Assembly (NCBI RefSeq): GCF_009834535.1
Contig: NC_045697.1
Span: forward strand, 80,292,001-80,356,000
From: Camelus ferus
Lineage: Eukaryota
DNA: 64,000 nucleotides
Direction: 5' to 3'
Shown here: positions 52,048 to 64,000 of the stretch, one piece after another
Layout of the letters: each line of letters begins with the position of its first letter
How positions within the stretch are numbered: position 1 is the stretch's first letter
The notes under the pieces: model-generated
Seen by the model: only the letters and a program-made list of their open reading frames with translations
What the model was told of the DNA's origin: nothing
Databases searched by the model: none
Position numbers and translations under genes: made by a program

Positions 52048-52146
52048 CTTCAGGAACAGTTCTCAGAGCTTTCTGACATGCTGTTCCCAGGTTATAATCC
52101 TCAAGTTTGGCTTGAGTAAAATTTTCCATTTCTTAAAAAATAAAAT
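52048..52146 (+). mobile_element. Short ERV1-LTR-like fragment with A-tail and probable TSD
   Basis: cttcaggaacagttctcagagctttctga...gttataatcctcaagtttggcttgagtaaaattttccatttctt followed by aaaaaataaaat. Flanks are aaaactgag and aaaattgag. Confidence 0.55.
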
Positions 52147-53138
52147 AAAATTGAGGTTCAAAGATTACCTCTACAGTATGACACCTGCCTCCAAGATCAG
52201 GTAAAAGAAGAGACCGTACATGTAAAATGAGGTAATAAGCAGGTTGTGCATTTTTCATCTCTTTGGAGGTCTGTATGGGACTTGGGCATATTACTTCTCT
52301 ACTGACACCTCCAATCTCTAGCTGTAGAATCTATGTCAGGCTTAGATAATTCCCAAGGGCTCTTCCAGTTTTATATTTTAGGAAAAGGAAATTATATAAA
52401 TCCATATGCCATAAATTATCACTCACAGGCATGGGAAAACTGCTTATATAGAAAGTAAAGCCTTTACATATATTCTTTAATCTCAACCTGTCAGTGTATG
52501 TAATTTCATGTATTATATATACATGTCAAACTATAAAACTTGTTCAATCGGAGCATTTTTCTGAAAGATAATGGTTCCACATTAGGGTTAATATATAATG
52601 TATTACTTATGCTCTCTAAAGCTTACAAAGTTTCCTTTTCTGGTATTAGTATTAGTAGTTTTTAACTTAATGTTTATCCTATATAAGGGAAGGACTGATT
52701 TGAATCAAAAACAACTTCAAAATAAAATTCTCCTCGAAAGGGAGCATGAATACCAATGTCTTTTCAACCTTGCTGTTGCAAGTCAAGTTCCCTAAACATC
52801 ACTACCTCATTATATAGAAGGTATGAAGAATTTAGGTTTGGCAGTGTCATTGAAGAATTGTGACTTTGGATCAATCACAGAGATTTGGAAAAGTTTAGTT
52901 TCTTTAATTACTAAAACAAAAAAATTAAGAGTTTGTACTAAATAATCTACGAAATCTCTTGTCTTGCAATATGATTCTGATTATACATAATATATTATAT
53001 ACAATACTACATATAGACAGTATATATCATATATATATAATACATAACAGTTTCTAAAATATATTTTCCCACTACCGAGTATATATCTCTCAGGAAGAAA
53101 GCACTAAACATTAAGAACTTTGACTAATTAAGTGTAAA

Positions 53139-53465
53139 ATATCACTTATATGTAGTAATCTAAAAAATGAAACAAACTAGTGAATATAACAAGACAGAAA
53201 CAGACTCACAAATATAGAGAACAAACTAGTGGTTACCAATGGGAAGTTGGGAGGAGGAGGAAGCATGACAGGGGTAGCAGATTAAGAGGAACAAACTACC
53301 ACAAATAAAATAAATAAGCTGCAAGGATATATTGTAAAACACGGGAAATATAGCCAATATTTTATAATAATTACAAATGGAGTATAACCTTCAAATAGTA
53401 AGTCACTATGTTGTACACTTCAAAGTTACATAATATTGTAAATCAACTATAATTTAAAAATAAAT
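53139..53465 (+). mobile_element. Older L1 3'UTR fragment
   Basis: Contains atatcacttatatg...cagactcacaaatatagagaacaaactagtggttacca...tattgtaaatcaactata and an A-rich tail. Confidence 0.85.
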
Positions 53466-54411
53466 AAGAAATGATTAATTATGTAGTACTTTGTAAGTAA
53501 TGCTCCATAATAATTTATTCAGTTGTTTATTTACATTAAATATCTTCCAAAGTTTAATTCCTCACCAAGATAAGATGTATTATTTGATTCTCTAATACCT
53601 CTCAGAAGGAAATAAAATAGTTGGTACTTTCTCTGCTTTACAAAGAGAATAGCCAGAAGTTAATGAGCACATGGGATGTGCTTCAGTAGTTCACAGATCA
53701 GTGTCAGAAGCAGAATAAAGGGGGAGTCAACCAAGTCTACAGAGTTTTCCAGTAAATACTATGTCTTTAATTTTCTACTGCACCTTATAATAATATATGA
53801 GTGATGGTGTTTATGTGTTTTGGGATAGTGGCTGAGAGGGGGTAGAAAGGCTGTAATCATTAAGAGATATGATAAGATACCAAGAAGGTGAATTCGTTGT
53901 ACAAGGAATCCTGGGACACTAATACAGACTAGATTTCAAGGCCACAGAGCCCTTCCTTTGGTTTTCTAGCTACTGAGATTCACTGAACCTTATTAGTAAA
54001 GGCTCACCCTGAAAAGGTGGTAACTGATCTTCTGCAAATATAAATGTTTCTTCAAACTTTCAAAAAATTGTCTTGGTCTTTCCAAAGTTTACACAAAGTG
54101 TAAATTCAGGTCTTTAGAGAATGGGATAACCCAGTAACAAAATTTTTCATACCACCAACTGCAAAGTTGTCTCAAATACTGATCTCGAAAATAAAGGGTA
54201 AGTAGGTATTTTCTCACTTAGGACATCAAATGCATCAGGTCAAAGCTCTTGATAGTCTCTCTCTTCTTTTCCTAGTCGAACTGTTTTCAGATTTACATAG
54301 TTGAATTAAATGAGTGTTTTGCCATCTTCCTGGTTGTTCCTTACTGTTTTTAGCTATTTGGCTTTTACCATAGCTTTCAATTCTTCAGTAATAATGATTA
54401 TCAAAGATCAA

Positions 54412-54481
54412 GCAGAATAATTTTGAAAACAATGGAAAAATAATGGAAATAATGGAAACGCAGAATAATTTTGAAAACAAT
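54412..54481. repeat. 22-bp perfect direct repeat flanking a short aatggaaa array
   Basis: gcagaataattttgaaaacaat at 54412-54433 and 54460-54481. Confidence 0.9.
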
Positions 54482-54914
54482 TTGGCTATTACTTTAATTT
54501 CACTACCTTAAAGGTGTTTTCCCTTTAGTAAATATGCTGACATACAGTTCAAACTGTTTGGTCTACCACAAATGTGTTTATACTTCAAGGGAAAATAAGC
54601 CATTTTATTAAAATTAAAGATAAATATAATGATCAAAAACAAGCTAATTAACAGACGCACCTCAGGAAACTGCCTGCACTTCCAAATTTGTTGAGCCAAA
54701 AGATGCACAGCACTTTTCACAGACCACGTGGACCACACGGAAGAGAGAGCCCCCTGGAGCTATTGAAATTCTTACCCAAGAAGATGGAACCAAGGGCATT
54801 AGAGTGAGTGATAAAAACTAGATTCTGATGAACTGGTGGAGCACTATGAGCCCTGACTCTGCTCACGTGACTACAATCCATTTCACACACAGCAGACACA
54901 GTAAATCAGACTGT

Positions 54915-55417
54915 GACACAATCTTCTTGCTTCCTGACTTCCCACTGCACTCGGAGTGAAACCCAAACGCTCTAACTTGGTTTATAAAGCCCTACATAGC
55001 CTTATTTACTTCCCCTTCTGACTCATCTCAGGTCATCTGACTCGCCTTCACCCAGGGCAGGTCACAGGCAGATCCCTGTACTCCTCCCCTAACACAGGAA
55101 GCTCCCTCTGCCTGCAACCCTTTCTCCCTGAGCTCTTCCACAATGGTTTGTTCCTGGCTTCCTCTTGTCTTTTAGGTTTTCACTCAAATTTCATTCTCAA
55201 TAAAGTCATCCTGACCAATTATTTAAAACATAATCCCCCAATACACTCAATTTCCTTTCCCTGCTTTCTTTCTCTCCTGGTAATTATCACAATCTAACAG
55301 CCTCTACTTCATTTACTGTCTATCTACCCCAACAATGCCAGCTCCATGGGGGCAGGAATATTGCTCTCTGTGTTCCCACTGTATTCCCAGAATATTCATT
55401 TGTTGAATGAATGAATA
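54915..55417 (+). mobile_element. L2 3' end
   Basis: Ends ...agctccatgggggcagga...tgttcccactgtattcccag...tttgttgaatgaatgaat. Confidence 0.8.
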
Positions 55418-56034
55418 ATATGAGTGAATCTGCCACTGTCACAATTTTTGAGATTGTATCTTGGAAGTTTAATCTAGCTGTGACTTATACTCTGAAGTAC
55501 AGAGAAATCTCTTCTGTTAGAAAGGGTCCGAGAGTTCAAAGACCTGAAATTTCCACAGTTGCTTTTGTGCTCCTGAAACATCTTGAGAGAGAGAAGAAAA
55601 TCTCAAGCGAGGTGACCAAGGAGTTATGACCTCGGTAGATATGTACCCCTAAAATTATTCTCTGTTGTGTCAGAATGTGTTGACGGTGCTATGTCATAAA
55701 ACCTTAGAATTTTTCCCAGTGTACAACTTCCCCTTTTTTTGGTAAAGTTATTTTGCATAGGGTGTCAAAATGAAAATCATTCTTGATTTAGTTGGGGCGT
55801 CTTTGGGTTAACTTTGGTCCGCTAGAGGAAATGGAGGCAACTAGTTTCATTATCTACAAAAACTGAGTTTCATAGAAGGATCCTGATTAAAAACAAAACA
55901 AGCAAAAAACCCACTTTCCTTCATAAGAATAACAAGTTCAGTAAACAAAGATTTCATTTTATCTTAAACCTAAGCAAGCAAAGTACTCTTTGAACTATAC
56001 AGTGGGTCATAGTGTATAATTTTTCTTTAGCCAA

Positions 56035-56415
56035 CATTACGGACTGAACTATGTCCCTCCAAAATTCATGTTGAAATCCCAACTCCCAGTGCCCTCAGAA
56101 TAGGACTATATTGGAGGTAGGGTTTTTATAAGAGTAATTAAGTTAAATGAGGTCATTAGGGTAGATCCTAATCCAATTATTATTAGTGTCCTTATATAAG
56201 AAGAAATCACAACAGAGACAGCATATAAAGGGAAGACCAAGTGAAAACACAAGAAGACAGCCATCTACAAGCCAAGAAGAGAGGCCTCAGAAGAAATCAA
56301 CTCTTCCCATACCTTGCTCTCAAACTTCTGTTTTCTCACAATTGTGGAAACATTTCTCTGTTTAAGCTACCCAATCTATGGTACTTTGCTACAGTAGCCC
56401 TAGCAAAAGAATACA
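56035..56415 (+). mobile_element. MaLR solo LTR, MLT1B-like
   Basis: Contains ggactgaactatgtccctccaaaattcatgttgaa...agtagccctagcaaaagaataca. Perfect 5-bp TSD GCCAA at 56030-56034 and 56416-56420. Confidence 0.88.
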
Positions 56416-57275
56416 GCCAACCAAGAAATGCCACAGACTTTTATCAGGATAAAATACTAGTAGAGGCAGATCTGCATTTCAGAGTTGTTTTGTTCTCTCT
56501 ACAAACCAGAAGGTTCCCTTTAGACAGCTGCTAGTTTGTTAATGCTTTAGAGTAACATGGTTGTGCTTACTTATTCACTTAAGAACCTAAAAAGTGCCTA
56601 CAAAATGCAGGATACTAAAAACTTCAAGGCAGGAATAGAAACTGAATGGCTCTATACATAAAAATAAAGAACTATAAATCTTTGTCAATGATTTTGCTAA
56701 TTCTACTGCACTAGCACTCCTTTACTTCCTTTTACATCAGAAAACTTTGATTGCCAATAAAACTGACAGACCTGGGACAGTAACATTTTTCCAAAATAAT
56801 CAAAATTATTGTCACAAAATATGGCATTTTCTTTTCCTCTGATTCTTTCTTCAATTTCTCTTACATTTATCAATGTTTTAAAATTTTGAACATTATCATG
56901 CTATTTTATAATTCATGAGGGAAAATATTCCAAAATATTTTTACTGGCTTCTGGAAGAGAATCAATAATTATGAAGTAAACACTTAATAGGATAGATGAA
57001 AAGTAGCAGCTGACTAACATAATGGCAGAAGTTCTGTCTCTCCATATTTCAGTAGCAGCAGCTGACAATCCTTAAAGACACAAAAAAGCACTATTCAACC
57101 AATGATGCCTTATATCTTTAAACCATTCTTATGAAAGATCTGCTATTTTTTGAAAAACTCTGAAGAATCTAATGTAACAAAGAACAAAGTCAGGAACCTA
57201 TTTGAAAATATTCTAGATTATTAAGTTAACAGTTTTAATTGTGACCAAAAAATACAGAACATAAAAATCTAATTA

Positions 57276-57407
<132 letters not shown>

Positions 57408-58149
57408 TCACAACATTTAGCCAAAATAAAAAGATTAAAAGGCAATAAACAGCATATCAAAATGACATAGCTTTTACATTTACTTATCTTTTGATTTGTT
57501 TTTAAGAAGTAAACATTTGAATTTGGAATTAGGTAAACACAACATAGTTTGACAGTCTAATTATCTTTTTTTTTTATTGACTTGATGCTTGATAGAGTGA
57601 GGTACAGAATAGAGCTGAATTTAGATGTGGGCTGGGGACAAGAGAAAATGGCACCAAAGAATAGTATTCTTTCTTTACCCTATGTATATCATGTTATAAC
57701 AACTTAAAGAAGCCAATATAGACACACATTTAAGCAAAGGATATATATCTGGCAATTGGAACACCAATGGAACCAGTGCTAAACAGGGTTAATTACAGTT
57801 TATCCTTAACAATGACGTGTTCCCTGTCCCGTCATATTTTCTATCAACCCCTCTTCATACAATTATTGGTCCAGCTTCTTGGGTGTGTGACGCTTTTCCT
57901 TATACCAAGGACTCCCCCAAACCCTAAATTGCTTGCTCATCTCCACCCTTTTCTGTTTCCCTAACCATTTCTTTGAAGGGGAGTAGACCACTGTAACTAC
58001 CTGATACTCTTCTTTGGTTTCTTTATGGTAGTTCCTGTACACATAATTGTAGCCAAAAGCACTACCCAAAACACAAAATCAATGGCAGAAAGAGGCACGA
58101 ACACAGGAGAAACACATGTTGCCAAAAAGAACAGAACTATGGAGTGGTC

Positions 58150-58300
58150 CTTAGTTGTAAGCGTTTATATACAGAACTTGATTTAGACCCTATAATAGCC
58201 CTCTAATATAGGCAATATTATTATCTCTATTTTACAAATACAAAAACTAAGGCAGGCAGAGGTTAAGTGACTTGCCCTAGATTACAAAATTAGTAAGTGA
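58150..58300 (-). mobile_element. MIR fragment
   Basis: Contains attattatctctattttacaaata...aactaaggc...agaggttaagtgacttgcc. Confidence 0.75.
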
Positions 58301-58396
58301 CATCTACCAAATCTGCTCACATTAAATACTGTCATGAAACAGTCTTTAGAGAATGAGGGGGACACCTACCTAACCACCCCATACACAGTTTATGCT

Positions 58397-60720
58397 AATG
58401 GTTCTCAAACTCTGTGGTCTCAGAACCCCTCAATACTCTTGAGAATTATCAGGGACCTCAAAAAACCTTTATCTGGATTAGATCTCTCAATGTTTATTCT
58501 ATTAGAAATAAAACTGAGAAAAAAATGTAAATTTATATTAATTCACTTAAAAACAATGAACCCATTATATTAACATAAGTCACTACATTTAATTTTTAAA
58601 CTCTCATTTGAAAACAATTGAAACTTACAGAAAATTTAAATAGTACAAAAAACACCTGTGTACTCTTTATTCAGCTACATTAATATTTTACTCATTTTGT
58701 ATCATTTATGCTCTCTCCCTCCCTGTAATTCATGTAATTGTAAACATATATTTATCTAATTGATACACAGGTATATATAAACATATAAATGTATATTTAT
58801 ACCTAAAATAACTTTTTTGAACCATTCGAAGGGAAGTTACCCTGAACATTTCGGTGTATATTACTAAGAATTGTGATATTCTCTTACAATCATAGTAGTT
58901 ATCAACTTTAGCAAATTTAACATTGATACAATACTTTAATCTATCGCACTTACTCAAATTTTGTCAATTTAAGACAATGATGTCCTTTGTAGGATTTTTC
59001 TCCTTTTAATATAGGCTCCAGTCTAGGGTCAGATATGGCATTTAGTTGTCACTTCTCCTTTGCTCTTTTAATCTGGAATATTTCCATCATTTTCCTGTGT
59101 CTTTTAGGACCTGACATTTTTGAAGAATATCATCATGTCTATTTCCTAAAAAGAATATTTCTCATTTTGGTTTTGTCAAGTGTTTCCTCGTGATGTGACT
59201 GAGGCTATGCATTCTCAGCTAGCACATTATCCTTCTCAGGCTGTCACATCTAGAGGTACACATTGTCCAACTGCCCCTCAAAAGTGATAGCTTGGATCAC
59301 CAGGTCAAAGTGCTGTGAAATTTCCCTGCTAAATAATTATTGTTTTAAAATTTTTTCCTCTGTAACTAGTAAGTATATGGGAAGATATTTGAAAACCATG
59401 AAAACATCCTGTTCCTCATCAAAATTTCCCTCTAGGTTTAGCATTCAGTGATGATTCTTGCCTGAACCAATCTTTATTATGATGGCAGCAAAATGCTGAT
59501 TTTCCAACACCAGCATAGTAACATATTTTTCATGAAAAATACTATATTCCTCTCCCCCTTCCAAAAAAAAAAAGTGAGAAGAGTGACACTGTTGCATTTT
59601 TGCAATCTCTTTGAAGTCTGGCTTAATAGAGGACAGCTGAATTCTTATGTCTGCTTCTATATTCAATACGCTGCAAGATGTTGTTTGGGTGAAGTGTATA
59701 AAGACAATCTGACTCACAAGGACACAGAGTTGGACAAGAAGGAAGTATTATAATAGATAATTGTGCATGTTATTCTTTAATATTATACCAAAACTCAACA
59801 AATGGTAGTTTCTTAAAGGTTAGTTGCCATGTGAAATCTGAAACCTTATTAATAAACTTTATGAATCATATCAATGAAGTTATGAACTTCAAATTTATTT
59901 TCAACACTATATTTTCTAATATAAAATTTTTACTCTGCCACATTAAAATCCACTGCTCCTCCTTGCACGTGGAGTCTTCTACTGAGGCATAATTTTATAA
60001 CATGACACAGCGGTCATTTGGAAAATATCAGTTCAATAAGTTATATAGTTCTTGCAAATGTTGCCACGTTTCATTATACACTATCAGAAAAGTAAGTTGT
60101 TAATATCACCACTAATCTCATCGGAACATTCTTTAAATTTAGGGATCAGTCTAGGTTTCGTGGGCAGATACAAGTTTTCCAAAATTCCAATTTTGTTTGA
60201 AAGCCAGAATTGTGTTATTAGCAATAAATGCTGTCAGTTGTTCTTGAAATGACAGGATCACTTTGTTCATTTTTGAGAAAATGCCTGTCAAAAACCTAAA
60301 TCTGAATAATCACAGCTAGTTGTTCAGTTATTTCAAGTAAAAATGGTGTTTCATGAAGAAGTAGCTAGTTCATCTTCAAACTCAAACAAACCTCAAATGT
60401 GCAGGTACAAGTGTTCTTTGAGCTAATAATTGTACTCTGATGTGGAGTAGAGGTGCTCTTTGCATTCTTCCTGTTGAGTCATGCAGAATGTTGTGTGATC
60501 AAAGGTTTAATAACAGTAACAATTTTAATTGGTTCATCAAGGACAATCTGAAGTGAAATGAGCTCTTGCGATGAGGGGGTCTATGAGTGCATGTTGCTGA
60601 AAAATACAGAGTCCAATAGTACAGTCTGATACCACTGCTCTGATTCAGGCAAAGGTCTCAGCAATTTTATCCACTATTGATTTTGCATCACATGTACAAG
60701 TGTCAACACATATAAAAAGA
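58397..60720 (-). mobile_element. Charlie1/Charlie1a hAT transposon remnant, interrupted by an L1
   Basis: Terminus ggttctcaaactctgtggtctcagaacccc. The element resumes at ~59519. The minus-strand ORF 59445-59717 contains LNIEADIRIQLSSIKPDFKEI...QCHSSH, resembling a Charlie/Buster transposase C-terminus. Confidence 0.85.
58580..59518 (-). mobile_element. Old L1 3' end (L1MC4-like) nested in Charlie1
   Basis: Contains aaacttacagaaaattt...aaatttaacattgatacaatact...gcatttagttgtca...tttagcattcagtgatgattcttgcctgaa. Confidence 0.75.
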
Positions 60721-60721
60721 A

Positions 60722-60785
60722 ATACCTGTCATTCAAGTCACCCAGTCTATGAAACTTTGTTATGGCCTCCCTGCAAACTAACAGA
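60722..60785 (+). mobile_element. MLT1 LTR 3' terminal fragment
   Basis: Contains aagtcacccagtctatgaaactttgttatggcctccctgcaaactaacaga. Confidence 0.55.
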
Positions 60786-60790
60786 CCTAA

Positions 60791-61334
60791 GTACTAGTTT
60801 TCTATTGCAATATAATGAATTGCCACAAACTTAGAAGCTTAAAACAATACACAATTTTAACCTTGCATTGTCTGCGGGTGAGGAACCTAGGCATACTTTA
60901 ACTGAGCTCTTGACTTTAAGGCCTCTCACAAGGCTGCAGTGAAGGTATTAGCCAGGTTTGGGGTCTCATGTAAAGTCCAGACTGGGAGGGATCTGCTTCT
61001 GAGCCTGTCGAGTTGGTGACAGTACTTAATTCCTCAAGAGCTGGTGATATGAGGGCCTTAGCCCCTAGCTGGCCATGGGCTAGAAGCTGCCCTCAACTTG
61101 CTTGCCACGTGCCAGCAACAACTTGCTTCATCAAAGCCACCAAAAGCAAGAGTCTGCTAGCAAAAGGGAAGTCACTACCTTGTCTAGCCCAATCACAGAA
61201 GTGACACCCCACCACACTTCTCATATCTGATTGTTAAAAGCAGGTCACTAAGCTGGCCCACTTTAAGGGGAAGTAATTATATAAGGAAAGGGGAAGCAAG
61301 GGTCATCGGGGCCATCTTAGAGGTTTTGTGCCAC
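60791..61334 (-). mobile_element. MaLR solo LTR, MLT1F-like
   Basis: Contains tagttttctattgc...ccacaaacttagaagcttaaaacaa...tctcacaaggctgcag...ggggccatcttagagg...tgccaca. Confidence 0.8.
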
Positions 61335-64000
61335 ATCTGACTATAAGCACTGATGTTTTCATGAGCTTCTCTCTGATAAGCAGCTTCACTTACTTTCTCT
61401 TACACACAATTACATAACTTAGAGATCTCTTATGAATCATAAGGCATCTGCACTCTTCCACTGGGGCATGTTTTGACATCCCAAACAAGATGATAGAACT
61501 AAAGTTTTCATTAAAATCAGAATTTAGCAATAATGGAAATACATATTGCCTGTATGTTTCACATTCAACATCAAGTTCATGACTTTAGAGGAAGTAGGTA
61601 GGTGAGGAGGAGTGATTAAGTGCCTATTATTACCAAAAGCATACTTCTGTATTTATCCTGCTAAAGAGATGGAGTTAGTTTTACATTTAAAATTCCCTTC
61701 ACTTTTAACTGACTGGGCAACAAAAATCATACACCCTACCCTCACCATTCCCAGCGATCACAACTACAATGGTAAGAGGCCAAAACAGACCACAAAAGGC
61801 AAGAAAGACATCCATAATACTGTTTATTACCATCTGAAGATTTCCTTTTATCATCCCCACACCCTGCAGCTAGTGTAGAACCAGTTTCATTTATCATTTC
61901 ATATTTATTAAAGTACTCAATCTATAATAGTTTGACTTTATTCATCTCCTGTGAAACTCAAGTCCACAATGCTGTATGAATAAAAGTATAACCCTGCAGG
62001 CTGCAATCTTGTCAAGTCTGATAAGGTACATGCTGTTAGTGATACATGGTTGAAGACCTACCGTATAAAAATGCCTTAAGGAAAATATACTATCATTCAG
62101 TTTTGACACAAAATCAGTAGGGAATAGTATTACCCAGGACAGAGAACTCTGGATTTTAAAACAGTTTCTGAGAATTTTGAGAAAATGTATTTATTTCTTC
62201 CTAGCTTTAAGGTATTTTTGGTTATTACTAACTTAATAAGATATTTTATTGCAAATGAGGTGGAAAACACAAATTTGGACCTAATGAAATAAATCCTTCA
62301 CTCCTGTTCCCAATCTAATTCTAATCTTTATGCAAAATAACTCTGATCACAAATAAAATTAAAATGCTAGCCTTGAATCACTTTCATAAAGCAATAGAAG
62401 TATCATTAAAGCTACATAAAGCAACAACTTATTTATCTGGCAGCATCAAGGAATGAGCTTTTATCAGTAAGTTAATTTCAAAAGTAACTCCCCCCCGCAC
62501 TGTCAATGACAAAGCTTTAAAAGGTAGGGGGAATCTAATAGTCGTTGCTTTCTTGCATAGATGATGTAATTTAATCTTTTTGAAGCCACAGGTTCATCAT
62601 TATTAGCTTTAGTTATTACTCTGCTATGTTTCAGGGAAGGCCTCAGAGGCTGCTGAGGTGTAAAAGCCCACAGGTCGCTGCCCTGTGATCCAGTCTGCCC
62701 CCTATCTCTCCATGAGGAATCACATTGTCAGTGTAGGAGATGCCAAGGGATGGTTTGGGCAGGGTGGGGAGTTTGGCTTTCTGTCAGAATTGGTCACTTA
62801 CCACCTCTCCCCAGCAGTGTGGGCACACACACACAAACACATACCCACACAGACGAGTGTAAACATACAGCCTAAGGAGACATGGCTTTGCTACACCAAG
62901 AGAACTTAATTCTTCTAGCTCCCCCTCCCTTAAAACAGATCCCCAGCCCTAAAATTATCCTATACAGAAATTATGGAGGAGTCAGCCATGCGGCCCATGA
63001 AAATGCAAAGTTTAAAATCCAGCTCCACCATTAATTTTTGTTCTGCTGGCCTCCTGCTTCCCAGCTTAAGCCGCTGCCTTCCTGCTCCTGTCTCCTGGGT
63101 TCTCCCTTGGCCCTAGGCTCTAGTGTGAGATCAATGCCTCAGAGCCACCTTTTTTAAGCTGCTTCTCTGGCTTCTGCACTGCAACCAGCCCCACTTGATT
63201 CTCAACTTTTTTCACATTTGTTGGGCTTCTAAGAAACTACACTTTAAAGCAAGAAGCTCCCCTGTTCCCCATCTAAAACCAAAGCTGGCTGGTTATTCAT
63301 TCTCAGAAGAGGGAAGAGTAAACAAAATAGACCTAAACTACCGCACATTTGTTGTCTGTTGCTGTGGTTGTTTATTATGCCTTTTCTATTCTTCATACTT
63401 TTTTTTTCTTCTTTTTTTGCTGCTTTGAGTTTCTCCAGCAAGGATATAAAAATATACAATAATCACAGCCTGCCAGTGAGAACCTAAAGTGATCTCTGAA
63501 TAAAAGGCACAGTCTTTAGTGTACAGATTCTAGAGCACTATAATATGGCTACCTATATAGAGATCCTACTCCTGCAGGTTTTGGGATTACATTCTGAACA
63601 CATTTTTCTTCTTAGAAAAATTACTTTTAGCTGAATGAGGCCTTTCTCTGGTAGGAATATAACTTCTGTCCATTTAAAGTAGGTCACATTTAAAACCAGA
63701 TTATGAGTTAGAAGGAACTATTTAAAGGTTCACTTCATTACAGACCTGAGCATGATATGTATGGATTTAAAGCTATCATATTCATTTAACAAAAGGTTCT
63801 TTAAATTAATAAATATTATACTTTCACTTTACCCATTTATTTTGAACTATGTTTAATCCATACCATAAAACTGATTCTTTAAACTATGTATTTGACCCAG
63901 ATTCTTCCTGACATCTGGTGTTGGTCACTCTCCATTATTCTGCTGCCCACTAATATCCTGGAGGGATGGCGATATCTCAGGTTTTGGAGCGGAGCAGACA

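Noticed and set aside
57002..57066. agtagcagc(agc)tgac direct repeat near the exon 3 donor
   Set aside because: Only two short copies, and no recognisable splicing motif on the transcribed strand.

Overview
AT-rich mammalian genomic DNA, most likely from a camelid given a tRNA-derived SINE of the camelid type at ~17.1 kb. The window lies inside a CaMKII gene on the minus strand, most likely CAMK2D. Two small coding exons are present: 57308-57367 (exon 3, [20 protein letters not shown]) and 7348-7402 (exon 4, VRLHDSISEEGFHYLVFDL). They are separated by a 49,905-bp GT-AG phase-1 intron. The rest is intronic and contains L1, L2, MIR, MLT1/ERV LTR, Tigger and hAT-Charlie remnants. Most notable observations: (1) a 3.1-kb TSD-flanked L1 derivative with 5'UTR and ORF1 but lacking nearly all of ORF2 (half-L1/HAL1-like); (2) a candidate poison exon in the gene's sense direction inside that element's 5'UTR; (3) an A-free, ~81-nt polypyrimidine tract that implies a distant branch point for exon 4; (4) two tiny retrotransposition-type insertions, a ~31-nt L1 tail and a polyadenylated ERV-LTR fragment; (5) two complex local duplications. 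I found no evidence of a new multi-gene system. Repeat family names come from remembered consensus similarity, not a database search, and boundaries of old repeats are approximate.
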